From Alphaproteobacteria bacterium (lineage in GTDB: Bacteria; Pseudomonadota; Alphaproteobacteria; SP197): DNA of 64,000 nt. The stretch is taken from positions 99,293 through 163,292 of the forward strand of contig CBDBNO010000012.1 of the NCBI GenBank assembly GCA_965207785.1. The letters are read 5' to 3'. Below, piece after piece: positions 44,159 to 58,887 of the stretch (positions are counted from its first letter, which is position 1; every line of letters starts with the position of its first letter). A model generated the notes under the pieces. The model was not told the origin of the DNA. It worked only from the letters and a program-made list of their open reading frames with translations, and did no database searches. Made by a program: the position numbers and the translations under genes.

Positions 44159-44181
44159 GTCTGTGCGACAGTCTGTGCGAC
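44158..44181. repeat. perfect 12-bp tandem direct repeat AGTCTGTGCGAC x2
   Basis: 44158-44169 and 44170-44181, overlapping the edge of the -35 box. Confidence 0.85.
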
Positions 44182-44212
44182 CTCGTGGTCCCGGTTGCAG
44201 TGTTCCCTTCGC

Positions 44213-45193
44213 TCATTCTTCGATGATCAGTCCGGACATTCTCGCCCAGACTCTTCGGGCGGCATCAGCACTAAAGTCATCGAAGAACAGCCAATCGTCG
44301 GCATCTAATGGCATGTCCAGAATCCAGAACGCCTTGCTCTTGCGCCATCGATCTCGCCCATTCCAGTTCGGCGGACAATTCTCGTAGCACCCTGTCTGCG
44401 GAACATGAACCGCCATGTTCTGCTGAAAGAAACGATCCTGGTCGCCCTTTGTCCGGTTACAGATCTTGTGGATAACCTCAACGCCCGGAACAGTGACTCT
44501 CCCTAGACGACACCTTCGTGGATGGAATTCGAACCACCGCTGACTCGAATCAAACAGTTTCTTGTTGTTTCCCGAAAGACAGTCATAGAGACGTCTGTGT
44601 TCTTCCCGAAGAAGATCGGAGTAACGTACGCGAAACCCGCCGATCAATTCATCCGGATTCCTGGCTGTTCCGGAATGGCCATGCCGCGCGATGCCGGCGT
44701 CCAGAAAGGATGCCAGGTCATTGAGGCCGTTGGTCTTGGCCGAGTCCCGAACCTCCTCATAGCTCAACTTGACCTCGTACTTTCCTGCGCTCGACGCCCG
44801 GTCCAGATAGCCTTTCGGGGCCATGAGAACCGTGGTTCCTCGCCTCCACATTCTCTGCGATTCCCCCCAACGGGCGTAGGCAGAGTAGTCTTCGGGTTGA
44901 TTCTCGCTGGCCGGTGCGATGACCTTGCTCTCGGTCAGGATGGCGTAGTGAACTCCATGAACATCCTTGGCAACAACGTGCAGATCCGTTTCCCGTGCCG
45001 CTTTGCTTTGTGCGGACCGGGACTCTTCTTCCCGCGTAAAGTTGGGTCTGATCTCCACCAATTCGCCCAGCCTCACTGTCGGCAGAATTCGCCCGACCCA
45101 CCACTCCGCGAAACTCCGGTTTGAGCGCAAACCTTCGGCCAGCCGATGGTCGATATCCGGTTCCTGCATGGTGCGCCAGAGTTCATGGTCCAT
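44213..45193 (-). CDS. PD-(D/E)XK nuclease superfamily protein
   Basis: RETDLHVV...YAILTESKVIAPASENQPEDY...VLMAPKGYL resembles PDDEXK_4-like D...ExK...Q..Y motifs; codon usage differs from the flanking genes. Confidence 0.7.
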   Translation of the reverse strand: MDHELWRTMQEPDIDHRLAEGLRSNRSFAEWWVGRILPTVRLGELVEIRPNFTREEESRSAQSKAARETDLHVVAKDVHGVHYAILTESKVIAPASENQPEDYSAYARWGESQRMWRRGTTVLMAPKGYLDRASSAGKYEVKLSYEEVRDSAKTNGLNDLASFLDAGIARHGHSGTARNPDELIGGFRVRYSDLLREEHRRLYDCLSGNNKKLFDSSQRWFEFHPRRCRLGRVTVPGVEVIHKICNRTKGDQDRFFQQNMAVHVPQTGCYENCPPNWNGRDRWRKSKAFWILDMPLDADDWLFFDDFSADAARRVWARMSGLIIEE

Positions 45194-45391
45194 CGTTGAA
45201 TGCTCCAGCGCTGCAGTACTTCCGCCGGGAACCCGATGAGGCCTGGCTGGTCGACGTACAGGGCCATCGGCTGCCGGGCATGGATCGCTCGCAGGTCTCC
45301 TCAAACTCTACCGAGAAACTCGCCGGTGACCATGTACGACCGCTGTCGGCAGGTTGAGGCGCCGACCGTGATCGACACCATTGACGCATCC

Positions 45392-46699
45392 TTAACCAAC
45401 GAGGTCGTGCCAATGACCGTCCAGGCCAAGGAAACGGTCGCCGTCATGGAAGGTTGATGCCCCGGCATCCCTGGCAACGCGCAGCATTGCCGGCAACGGC
45501 TCTCCCGATGTTTCGAGGATGGCGGCGAGCGTGTCGTGTCCGATGTCGTCAATGAGTTCGAAGGGCCCTCGCTTCCAGGCGAACCCCCAGCGCATCGCGC
45601 GATCGATGTTGACGATGTCATCGGAGATCTCGCCTGCCAGACCGGCGGCGTAGGCGAGAACACCTCCCATGATGTCCCGGGCAAAGTCTCCCGTTGCACC
45701 CGGCGCGGTCATGAGGTCCCGTGGAGTCGCCGCGTCGGCGGCAACGTCCGGCGTCATCGACGGGCGCCATCGGGCGTCATCGAGATCAAAGGTCTCGCGC
45801 AGCCTTTCACCGTCCTCGGTCCGGGTGACCCGGTAGAAGCCGCCCCGCGTCTTGCGTCCCAGCTGGCCTCTCGCAAGCATCGCCTGCTCTTCTTGCGGAA
45901 ATGTCGTGTAGAGGTGGCCCGTGTCGCCTGCGGGGAGATTCGCTGACAGATTCTTGCCGACAAGGTCCATCACATCGAGGCCGATGAGATCGATCAATCC
46001 GTAGAGTCCCGTCGGCGGCAGCCCCACGGGAGCCGACATGAGGGCGTCGATCTCCTCCATCTCCAATCCGCCCTCGCGGCGCGCCTTTCTGGCCTTGTGG
46101 AGGCCCGACAGCATCCAGAAACAGCCGATGCGGTTGCCGATGAAGTTCACGGTGTCCTTCGCGTGAACGACACCCTTGTCGAGCCTGGTCGAGCAGAACG
46201 TCGCCATCGCCTCCACCACGTCCGGCTCCGTCTCCTCGCCGGGAACGATTTCCAGCAACTTCATCACCTTCACGGGATTGAAGAAGTGGGTCACCACGAC
46301 ATCCCGGCGCAACCTCCCGGGCATGCCTTCGGTGATCGAGCGCAGCGGGATGCCCGAGGTGTTGGTGGAGATCACCGAGCCGTCGCTGCGCCAGTGCTCG
46401 AGTTTCGCGAACATGTCGCGCTTGGTTGCGAGATCCTCGATGACAGCCTCGCAGATCCAGTCGTAGTCCGTGATCTTCGCCAGATCGTCGAAGGTGCCGG
46501 TCTCGATCAGGTTCACGCTGTCGGGATTGTCGATGGCCGGAGGACGCCCGTCGCTGATGCGGTGCAGCGCCGCATCCACGGTGTCGCGGTCGAGGTCAAG
46601 GAGCAGGACCCTGCATCCCGCGTCCGCGCACTTGCCGGCAATTCCGGTTCCCATGGTTCCGGCGCCGATCACGGCCACCGAGTTGATCGAGCGTGTCAT
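45392..46699 (-). CDS. 3-hydroxyacyl-CoA dehydrogenase
   Basis: AVIGAGTMGTGIA, EAVIEDL, STNTSG, HFFNP, NFIGNRIG, WGFAWKRGPFE. Confidence 0.92.
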   Translation of the reverse strand: MTRSINSVAVIGAGTMGTGIAGKCADAGCRVLLLDLDRDTVDAALHRISDGRPPAIDNPDSVNLIETGTFDDLAKITDYDWICEAVIEDLATKRDMFAKLEHWRSDGSVISTNTSGIPLRSITEGMPGRLRRDVVVTHFFNPVKVMKLLEIVPGEETEPDVVEAMATFCSTRLDKGVVHAKDTVNFIGNRIGCFWMLSGLHKARKARREGGLEMEEIDALMSAPVGLPPTGLYGLIDLIGLDVMDLVGKNLSANLPAGDTGHLYTTFPQEEQAMLARGQLGRKTRGGFYRVTRTEDGERLRETFDLDDARWRPSMTPDVAADAATPRDLMTAPGATGDFARDIMGGVLAYAAGLAGEISDDIVNIDRAMRWGFAWKRGPFELIDDIGHDTLAAILETSGEPLPAMLRVARDAGASTFHDGDRFLGLDGHWHDLVG

Positions 46700-46733
46700 G
46701 CCTCTTCACCTCAAAGTCTCCTGGCGTGCCTTC

Positions 46734-47528
46734 CTATAGCACCGACCGGGAACATTGCGCGACCGCGGCCATGACGTCGTCGACCGCACGCGCCAGCATG
46801 GCGCCATCGTCCGCCAGAATACGCACAAAGAGGCCGCACTCACCCGGAAGCGACGACACACCGGCATAGGCGCCGGACAGTGTCACCGCCTCGCTGAGGG
46901 TATCCGCGAGGCCGGGCGCCGCAGCGCCGCCGCCAACCAGGCCAATGGTGCCGTGAACCGCCACCCCCGCACACGCGAGGTCCCTCCCGGACGTGCGCGC
47001 GCGGTCGAGCGCCATGAGGGTTCCATCATCGGCCCGCACGACCGTCTCAGATTGAAGGGACGTGAAGTGCTTCCCGGGGTCACCTGCATCGTGAGGCAGG
47101 AACGCGTCGCACCACATGACCTCCGCACCGTCATGAACCACCACCTCCAGCGATGTACGGACCCGGGCGCCGGGGAACAGCACCAGCGGGCGTGGTTGCC
47201 AGACGAGCCGGCTGCCCGGATGCGCATCGAGACGGACATGCTGCAGGGCGTCGTCTGCCGGCATGGCATGGGCGATGGTGGCCCCCTGGGTCCGGATCGT
47301 CACCCTGGTCCCCTCGCCGGCGCTGATGCCGGCGGCAAACCGGTCTCCCTGGAGAAGACCGGCCCCCAGCGACTGGAGAATCACGAACAGTCCGTCACCG
47401 TCGTCAAACGGGCGGGTCAGGTGAAAGGGAAAGGCGACATACTGGCGCCTCAGGAAGGTCTGACCCGAAGGCGCCCGCGCGAAGTCCAGGGCCAGCTGCC
47501 TGTCCTGTCCCGTCGCAGGCCGGTTCAT
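46734..47528 (-). CDS. ureD: urease accessory protein UreD/UreH
   Basis: LRRQYVAFPFHLTRPF, GAGLLQGD, TQGAT; TGATG overlap with ureG. Confidence 0.85.
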   Translation of the reverse strand: MNRPATGQDRQLALDFARAPSGQTFLRRQYVAFPFHLTRPFDDGDGLFVILQSLGAGLLQGDRFAAGISAGEGTRVTIRTQGATIAHAMPADDALQHVRLDAHPGSRLVWQPRPLVLFPGARVRTSLEVVVHDGAEVMWCDAFLPHDAGDPGKHFTSLQSETVVRADDGTLMALDRARTSGRDLACAGVAVHGTIGLVGGGAAAPGLADTLSEAVTLSGAYAGVSSLPGECGLFVRILADDGAMLARAVDDVMAAVAQCSRSVL

Positions 47529-48148
47529 CAGCCGTCGAACAGCACGTTCCGGACAATGTGATCGACGACAACATCGACCGCTTCGCCCGTCCGGCAATTG
47601 GTGACGATGACGGGTCTGCCGCGGCGCACGTCGCGGGCCTCCTTCGTCATCGCGGCAAGATCGACGCCGACATGGGGCGCCAGATCCGCCTTGTTGATCA
47701 CGAGAAGGTCAGCCTGCAGGACACCTGGACCCCGCTTGCGCGGGATGTCGCCGCCACCTGACACGTCGATGACGAAGATCCAGTAGTCGACGAGTTCCGG
47801 AGAAAAGGTCGATGCCAGGTTGTCGCCTCCCGATTCGAGCAGCACGAGATCAAGGGGGTGAAAGCGGATTTCGAGACGCTCCGCCGCATCGAGATTGAGC
47901 GTCGGATCCTCGCGAATGACCGTGTGCGGACAGGCGCCCGCCTCGACGGCAACCACGCGGTTGGGCTCGATCAGACCACTGCGCTGCAACCGTTCGGCAT
48001 CTTCCCGCGTCACAAGATCGTTGGTGATGACGGCAAGGCTGGTGCCGCGATCGGCAAAGGCGGGTATCAGGCGCTCAAGCAGCGCTGTCTTGCCCGAACC
48101 GACCGGTCCACCGATCCCGACGCGCGCTGCAGAGAGTGGTTCCGTCAC
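47528..48148 (-). CDS. ureG: urease accessory GTPase
   Basis: [30 protein letters not shown]. Confidence 0.95.
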   Translation of the reverse strand: MTEPLSAARVGIGGPVGSGKTALLERLIPAFADRGTSLAVITNDLVTREDAERLQRSGLIEPNRVVAVEAGACPHTVIREDPTLNLDAAERLEIRFHPLDLVLLESGGDNLASTFSPELVDYWIFVIDVSGGGDIPRKRGPGVLQADLLVINKADLAPHVGVDLAAMTKEARDVRRGRPVIVTNCRTGEAVDVVVDHIVRNVLFDG

Positions 48149-48164
48149 CGTGTCGTCCTCCCCT

Positions 48165-48836
48165 TCAGTTGGCGAAGAGCCGCACCTCTCCCCTTTCGTG
48201 GCGCATCACGGCGATGTCGGCCAGGGGAGTAAAGGCATGGGGTTCGTCGGGAGCCGGGGCGGCAAGGATGCCGGCGATGTCGTCCGTCACCTCGGCCAGA
48301 ATCGCCTGGGCCTCCACCGATCCCGTCAGCGAGAGCCGGATGGCAGCCTGGGCAATGCCGGATACCAGAGTCCAGGCCGACAGCGTTTCGAGAACCTCCA
48401 TCGCCATGCCCGACCCGGCCCACACCGCACCCTGGACCACCGGAAGATGGCCGCGGGCACGGTCTTCGGCAACAAGGCGGCGCCATCGCAGGGCGGCCGG
48501 GTTGCCAAGGCCCGCATGGGCGCGCAACAGGGCGCGTCCCGCCCGGCATGATCCGGCACGCAGTTCGCTGGCAAGGGTCATGGCGTCAAGCATCCGGTCG
48601 AGTTCACTCCACTCCTCGTCGCAACGGGTTTCGGCCGCCCGCCTTGCCATGACGCGGTCCGTCGTCGCCCAGCGGTTCAGCAGCTGGCTCCGGGCGAACG
48701 CCAGAACCCCGGCACCATCGTTCACCCTGCCATCCTCCACCAGGGTTTCCAGACCCCACGAGAAGGCGAAACCACCCGAGGGGAAAGCGCTGTCGCCCAT
48801 CCTGAGGGCGGCGAGAAGGGTTCGGATGTCAGTCAT
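48165..48836 (-). CDS. ureF: urease accessory protein UreF
   Basis: [18 protein letters not shown]-terminal [13 protein letters not shown]. Confidence 0.92.
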   Translation of the reverse strand: MTDIRTLLAALRMGDSAFPSGGFAFSWGLETLVEDGRVNDGAGVLAFARSQLLNRWATTDRVMARRAAETRCDEEWSELDRMLDAMTLASELRAGSCRAGRALLRAHAGLGNPAALRWRRLVAEDRARGHLPVVQGAVWAGSGMAMEVLETLSAWTLVSGIAQAAIRLSLTGSVEAQAILAEVTDDIAGILAAPAPDEPHAFTPLADIAVMRHERGEVRLFAN

Positions 48837-49275
48837 CCACCAAGGCGATCCGGTCGTCGGCAAGAAAGGCCTCGAGACGGGCGAGATAGTCCTTGCGGGG
48901 CCCCTCGAGGGCAACGGCAAGGAGAGGGCCACGGAAGGCGACGCGCCAGTGGAGATTGCCTGCATGGTAGCCCAGTTCGAGAGCAGCAGCCGCGTCCGCC
49001 GGCTTCAGGTGCAGCCATGTCTCAACGCTCGCCCTGACGACGATCGCGCGTTTCGCCTCCAGCAACAGCACGGCGCCGTCGTCCAGGGTGGTGGTGCGCG
49101 GCAGTGCTATGGCGCAGTCGGTACCCTTGTCGGTGACGGTGCGCAGTCGCTTGCGCAGCATGTCGCGGCGATCGAGGACGATGGTCTCGACCCGGTCTTC
49201 GTGGGCGAGGTCATGCAGTCGCCCGCCGAGACCGGCATCGGACGCCATGCCCACGATCCCGGTCAGTTTCAGCAT
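48829..49275 (-). CDS. ureE: urease accessory nickel chaperone UreE
   Basis: RKRLRTVTDKGTDCAIALPR, LGYHAGNLHW; no His-rich tail. Confidence 0.88.
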   Translation of the reverse strand: MLKLTGIVGMASDAGLGGRLHDLAHEDRVETIVLDRRDMLRKRLRTVTDKGTDCAIALPRTTTLDDGAVLLLEAKRAIVVRASVETWLHLKPADAAAALELGYHAGNLHWRVAFRGPLLAVALEGPRKDYLARLEAFLADDRIALVDD

Positions 49276-49377
49276 GCCTGGCTCCCCCCGGTCCATGTCC
49301 GGCCCTGTACACTATAGCTTGCATCGGGATCGAAGACCGGCGACGAATGTCCGTCAACCCGGCACCTCCCTTCATCG

Positions 49378-50274
49378 ATGAAACCTGTTGATCTCGTCAT
49401 CGCGGTCACCGTGCCGGTCCTGTGGGGCGCAGGCTTCGCCGTCGCCAAGGGGTCGCTCGACGAATTTCCGCCGGTCTTTCTCATGGGCATGCGCTTCACC
49501 CTGGCGGCCCTGATCCTCGTGTGGTTCGTCAGGCCGCTGTGGCACATGGCAGGGCGCCTGGCGCTGGTCACGTTCTTCGGCGGCACTCTTGCCTACGGAC
49601 TGCAGTTCACGGGCCTCGTTGACCTCGATGCCTCCACTGCCGTTCTCGTGGTGCAGGTCGAGGTCGTCTTCGCCGCCATCATGGCGAGCGTCTTCTTTCA
49701 CGACCACCTGTCGCGCCGGCAATGGTGCGCCATGCTGACGGCCTTCGCCGGCGTGGCGCTGATTGCCGGCGAACCCCGGGTACACTCCGCACCCCTGGCC
49801 TTCTTCATGGTGGTGGCCGGGGGCATTGCCTGGGCCGCCGGACAGACCATGGTGAAAACCCTGGGACCGGTCGGCGGATTGCGGCTGGTCGCCTGGTTTG
49901 CCGCCTTCGCCGGTCCGCAAATGCTTGTGGCATCCCTTGTCGTGGAAAGCGGCCAGTGGCAGGCCGTGCGCCAGGCTTCATGGTCGGGCTGGCTGGCTGT
50001 CGTCTACCTTGCCATTTTCATGACAGCGACGGGCTACGCCCTGTGGTTCCGCCTGATCGGCCGCTACCGGATGAACCAGATCGTGCCGTTCCTCCTGCTG
50101 GTTCCGGTGACGAGCATAGCCGGCGGCGTCTTCTTTCTCGGCGAAACCCTCTCACCCTGGATCATTGCCGGTGGTCTGCTTGTCATGGCCTCGGTAACCT
50201 TCATTCACCTGCAACAGCCCGGCGTCCCGGCCGCCGCCGGCAAATCGACCCTTGAAGGAAGACAGGAATCATGA
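49378..50274 (+). CDS. EamA/DMT family transporter
   Basis: About 10 TM; LWGAGF, MRFTLA, PFLLLVPV, GETLS. Confidence 0.88.
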   Translation: MKPVDLVIAVTVPVLWGAGFAVAKGSLDEFPPVFLMGMRFTLAALILVWFVRPLWHMAGRLALVTFFGGTLAYGLQFTGLVDLDASTAVLVVQVEVVFAAIMASVFFHDHLSRRQWCAMLTAFAGVALIAGEPRVHSAPLAFFMVVAGGIAWAAGQTMVKTLGPVGGLRLVAWFAAFAGPQMLVASLVVESGQWQAVRQASWSGWLAVVYLAIFMTATGYALWFRLIGRYRMNQIVPFLLLVPVTSIAGGVFFLGETLSPWIIAGGLLVMASVTFIHLQQPGVPAAAGKSTLEGRQES

Positions 50275-51038
50275 GCCAAGACATCGTGACGGCGACGGCC
50301 GACGGCATCCTGCAAATCCGTCTCAACCGGCCGCAGAAGAAGAACGCACTGACCCGCGAGATGTACGGAACGCTCGAGGCGGCATTCAACCGCGCCAATG
50401 ACGACCGCAGGGTCAAGACTATCTGGATCACCGGAAGCGGCGATTCCTTCTCAAGCGGCAACGACGTCGGTTCCTTTCTCGAGGAGCAGACGGGAGACCG
50501 CCTCCCCGGCGCCGGCGGCTTCCTTCGCGCCCTGGCTGCACTCGAAGTACCGCTGGTCGCTGCCGTCAACGGACTGGCGGTCGGTGTCGGTGCGACGATG
50601 CTGCTTCACTGCGATCTCGTTCACGCCGCGGCCGACGCCACATTCCGCTTCCCCTTCGTCGATCTCGGCGTCTTTCCTGAAGCGGCGTCCACGGTTCTGC
50701 TGCCGCGCCTTGCCGGCCACCAGCGCGCCATGGAACTGATGCTGCTCGCCGACTCCTTCGATGCATCGACAGCCCGTGACATCGGCATGGTCAACGATGT
50801 CTTCGAGGACAAGGATCTCGAAAAGGAGAGCCTTCGCATCACCGGCCGCCTCGCCGCGAAACCCGCGGCGTCACTGCGCCTGACCAAGACGCGCGTGAAG
50901 GCCGGCTACGGTGATCTCGGCGCCGTCATCTCCGAGGAAGCGCCGCTGTTTGCCAACGCGGTGCGGTCGCCGGAGGCGCGCGAAGCCTTCAACGCCTTCC
51001 TGGAGAAACGCAGTCCCAATTTCTCGCAGTTCGACTGA
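50271..51038 (+). CDS. enoyl-CoA hydratase/isomerase family protein
   Basis: NRPQKKNALT, FSSGND, AAVNGLAVGVGATMLLHCD, PEAAST. Confidence 0.92.
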   Translation: MSQDIVTATADGILQIRLNRPQKKNALTREMYGTLEAAFNRANDDRRVKTIWITGSGDSFSSGNDVGSFLEEQTGDRLPGAGGFLRALAALEVPLVAAVNGLAVGVGATMLLHCDLVHAAADATFRFPFVDLGVFPEAASTVLLPRLAGHQRAMELMLLADSFDASTARDIGMVNDVFEDKDLEKESLRITGRLAAKPAASLRLTKTRVKAGYGDLGAVISEEAPLFANAVRSPEAREAFNAFLEKRSPNFSQFD

Positions 51039-51042
51039 CGCG

Positions 51043-53187
<2,145 letters not shown>

Positions 53188-53380
53188 TCACAACTCGGTC
53201 CTTTCCAGGGGCGCTGTTGTGCAGATCTTCGGCATATCACCCACTTTGGCCGCCTTTCAAACTCGCCGAATCACCCTCTGACTTTCCGCCAAATCACCCG
53301 CTGGATGTCCTCCGAAGCACCCGTTGCGTGCTCCCCTGCCTACTGCCATCTGGAGCTCCGGACCCTAACACGCCGTTGTC

Positions 53381-55033
53381 TCATGGTTTGAGGAGGCTTG
53401 CTGCAGCGGCGCGGGATTCTTCGGTGATGCGGGCCCCGGCCAGCATGCGCGCCAGTTCTTCCCGGCGATCGTTGCCGGACAGCGTCCGCGCCTGGGCAAC
53501 GGCCGTGCTGTCCCTGGATAACAGTATGTGGTGGTCGGCATGCGCTGCCACCTGGGGGGCATGGGTCACGACGAGCACCTGGGTGCGGCGACCGAGGCGG
53601 CGCAGCCGATCGCCGATTGCATCCGAGACCGCGCCGCCCACGCCGCTGTCAATCTCATCGAAGATGAGGGTGCCCGCCGGCTCGTCGCCCTGTCCGGCGA
53701 CTCTCAAGGCGAGCATGAATCGCGACAGCTCACCCCCCGAGGCGATCCTGCCGAGCGGCCCGGGGGCAGCCCCGGGTGTTGTCACCACCGTGAACTGCAC
53801 GGTTTCGGCGCCATCGGCACCCCATGCGTCGGTCTCCCGAGCCTCGAGGCGGGTGGCGAAGACCGCATGGTCCATCCGCAGCGGCGCCAGTTCCGCCGTT
53901 ACCGCGGCATCAAGGGAGTGCGCCGCCTTGCGGCGGCGTTGTCCGAGAACATCGCAGGCGCCCCGGAACGCGTCCCGGAGGCGGGCCTCATCTTCCCTGG
54001 CGACGATCACCTCTGCCTCAAGGTCCTCCACCGCCGCAAGCTCTCGCGCGAGGCTCTCACGCACCTCAAGGAGTCCGGCAACCGTTGTCCGGTGGCGCCG
54101 TGCGGCGTTCTTCAGGGCGAACAGGCGCTCCTCGATCTCGTCGAGCCGGTCGGCTTCATCCTCGAGTCCCGCAGCCGCGCGCGCCAGGGCCGACGAGGCC
54201 TCCGCGGTCTCGACCAGGGCGCGGTCGACAGCGTCTAGGGCATCATCGACAAGGCCGCCGGCGACGTCCCGGACCCGCACCAGCGCAGCGCTGGCGGTGG
54301 CGAGTCCTTCATCGACACCACGCTCTCCGGCAAGCGCCGCTGCGGCGACATCCATTGCCTCGGCCACGTTGCGGCTGTTGGCGAGCCTGGTTCGCGTGGC
54401 TGTGAGAACGTCCTCCTCGTCCTCGCCGGGATCAAGCATCTCGAGGTCACGGAGATCGTCGGCAAGGGTATCCGCTGTCTCCCGTCGTCCGGTCTGGTCG
54501 GATTCGAGACGCTCCAGCTGCTGCTTCGTCTGCTGCCATGCTGCAAAGGCCTGGCCGACCCCGTCAACGGCCTCCCGGTTGTCGGCGAAGGCATCGAGCA
54601 GCATCCGGTGGGTCGCAGGCCTCAACAATCCGCGCTGGTCCTGCTGGCCATGGCACTCGACGATGTGATCGCCAATCTCCCTCAGGAGGGTCACACCGAT
54701 CACCTCGTCATTGGCGTGGGCAAGACTGCGACCGTCCGCCCTGACCTGCCGACGGACCACGAGTTCCTCGTCGCATTCGATGCCCCGCTCTTCGAGCATG
54801 CCGATGATGGCGCTCTCCTGGCCGATGCGAAAGGTGGCCGTGACCGATGCCTTCTCGGCACCGGGCCGGATCATGGAGATGTCGGCACGGCGGCCGATGA
54901 CCAGCCCCAGTGCATCGAGAAGAATTGACTTGCCGGCTCCGGTTTCGCCGGTGAGAACCGTCAGTCCATCGCCGAACTCGAGATCGATGCGTTCGATGAC
55001 CGCCAGGTTGCGGACACTGAGCGATGTCAGCAT
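53381..55033 (-). CDS. recN: DNA repair protein RecN
   Basis: TGETGAGKS, ASGGELSRFMLAL, IFDEID, VTHAPQVAA. Confidence 0.96.
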   Translation of the reverse strand: MLTSLSVRNLAVIERIDLEFGDGLTVLTGETGAGKSILLDALGLVIGRRADISMIRPGAEKASVTATFRIGQESAIIGMLEERGIECDEELVVRRQVRADGRSLAHANDEVIGVTLLREIGDHIVECHGQQDQRGLLRPATHRMLLDAFADNREAVDGVGQAFAAWQQTKQQLERLESDQTGRRETADTLADDLRDLEMLDPGEDEEDVLTATRTRLANSRNVAEAMDVAAAALAGERGVDEGLATASAALVRVRDVAGGLVDDALDAVDRALVETAEASSALARAAAGLEDEADRLDEIEERLFALKNAARRHRTTVAGLLEVRESLARELAAVEDLEAEVIVAREDEARLRDAFRGACDVLGQRRRKAAHSLDAAVTAELAPLRMDHAVFATRLEARETDAWGADGAETVQFTVVTTPGAAPGPLGRIASGGELSRFMLALRVAGQGDEPAGTLIFDEIDSGVGGAVSDAIGDRLRRLGRRTQVLVVTHAPQVAAHADHHILLSRDSTAVAQARTLSGNDRREELARMLAGARITEESRAAAASLLKP

Positions 55034-55084
55034 GACGGCGACCGACTCACCTCTTGCGGCTGAGTGGGGCCGGGCATTGCCGCC

Positions 55085-55843
55085 TCAGAGAAGCAACTGG
55101 TGCTCGGCCAGCAATGACCAGGCATCCTCGTACCAGATGCTGCCGGGATAGTTGTGAGCAAGGACCGCCGCCGATTCACGCGCCTGGACGATGAGTCCGA
55201 GCGCCAGGTATGTCTCCACGAGGCGGAACAGCGCTTCGGGGACATGGGATGTCGTCTGGTAGTGGTCGATGACCGTGCGGAATCGATTGACCGACGCGAT
55301 GTAGGCGCCGCGACGCTGGTACCAGCGGCCGATGTCCATCTCCTTGCCCGCGAGGTGGTCGAGTGTCAGCTCCAGCTTGAGGGTGGCGTCGCGGCTGTAG
55401 GGCGAATCCGGGAAGAGGCGCAGCAGTTCGAGAAAGGCATCCCGCGACCTTTCAGCCATGCGCTGGTCGCGTTCCACGTCCGAGATGCGTTCGTAGTAAC
55501 TCTGGGCAATGAGATAATAGGCGTAGACCGCGTTCTCGTTGCCCGGATGGGATTCGATGAAGCGGGAAGCGGAGGCGATTGCCGCGTCGAAGTCGCCCTG
55601 CAGATAACTGGCATACGCGGACATGACCTGGGCATGCTTCGCCCATTGCGAATAGGGATGCTGTCGCTCGACTTCCTCGAATTCGGCCACCGCGAGGCTG
55701 CGTTCTCCCGCCTCGAGCAGGTTGACCGCATTGTTATAGATCTCCTCGACCGGTCTCTCCACGTACGTGTCCGGGTCATCCGTACCGCAGGCAGCCAGAG
55801 TCGCCATGATGACGAGAGCCAGAATCCCCCTTGCCGCAACCAT
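55085..55843 (-). CDS. bamD: outer membrane protein assembly factor BamD (lipoprotein)
   Basis: Lipobox LAAC, ERQHPYSQWA, DHLAGKEM.IGRWY, TTSHVPEAL; start reassigned from 56161. Confidence 0.94.
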   Translation of the reverse strand: MVAARGILALVIMATLAACGTDDPDTYVERPVEEIYNNAVNLLEAGERSLAVAEFEEVERQHPYSQWAKHAQVMSAYASYLQGDFDAAIASASRFIESHPGNENAVYAYYLIAQSYYERISDVERDQRMAERSRDAFLELLRLFPDSPYSRDATLKLELTLDHLAGKEMDIGRWYQRRGAYIASVNRFRTVIDHYQTTSHVPEALFRLVETYLALGLIVQARESAAVLAHNYPGSIWYEDAWSLLAEHQLLL

Positions 55844-56100
55844 GCACATCCCTTTGCCTGCCTGCCTCACGATAGCACCCGACCGGGTCCGGTGCATCCG
55901 TACGCAACACCCGGTTCCTGATGGCGGGTCATGGCGCCATCGGGTGACGCCAGCAGGTCCCTGCCGATGATGTTGGTACGGAGATTCATGACCCTTTCCC
56001 TCGCGGAGAGGCAGCACCGTTGACATAGACGCGGGCGCTTGGTGCGGCAAGGGCCGAGAGACTCCTTGCAACTGATCCGCATCACGGTGAAGGTGCCGCC

Positions 56101-58568
<2,468 letters not shown>

Positions 58569-58572
<4 letters not shown>

Positions 58573-58850
58573 ACACCGTCGCCATGCGCATCGACAGGTG
58601 GCTGTGGCATGCCCGGTTTTTCAAGACCAGGTCCATGGCGACACGACTCGTGGCAAGCGGCCGCCTGCGGCTCAACCGGCGGCGGGTCACCAAGTCCCAC
58701 GGCACACTCCATCCGGGTGACATCCTCACCTTCCCGCAGAATCGCCGCGTGCGTGTCATTCGGGTGATCGCCATTTCGACCCGGCGGGGACCTGCCCGGG
58801 AGGCTGCGGGCCTTTACGAGGACCTGACGCCGCCCGATTGTCCAGCTTGA
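58569..58850 (+). CDS. S4-domain RNA-binding protein (Hsp15/HslR-like)
   Basis: RIDRWLWHARFFKTRS...RRGPAREAAGLYEDL. Confidence 0.9.
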
Positions 58851-58887
58851 CCGCGGTGGAGTCTTTCTGCCATGACGCATCCTCAAG

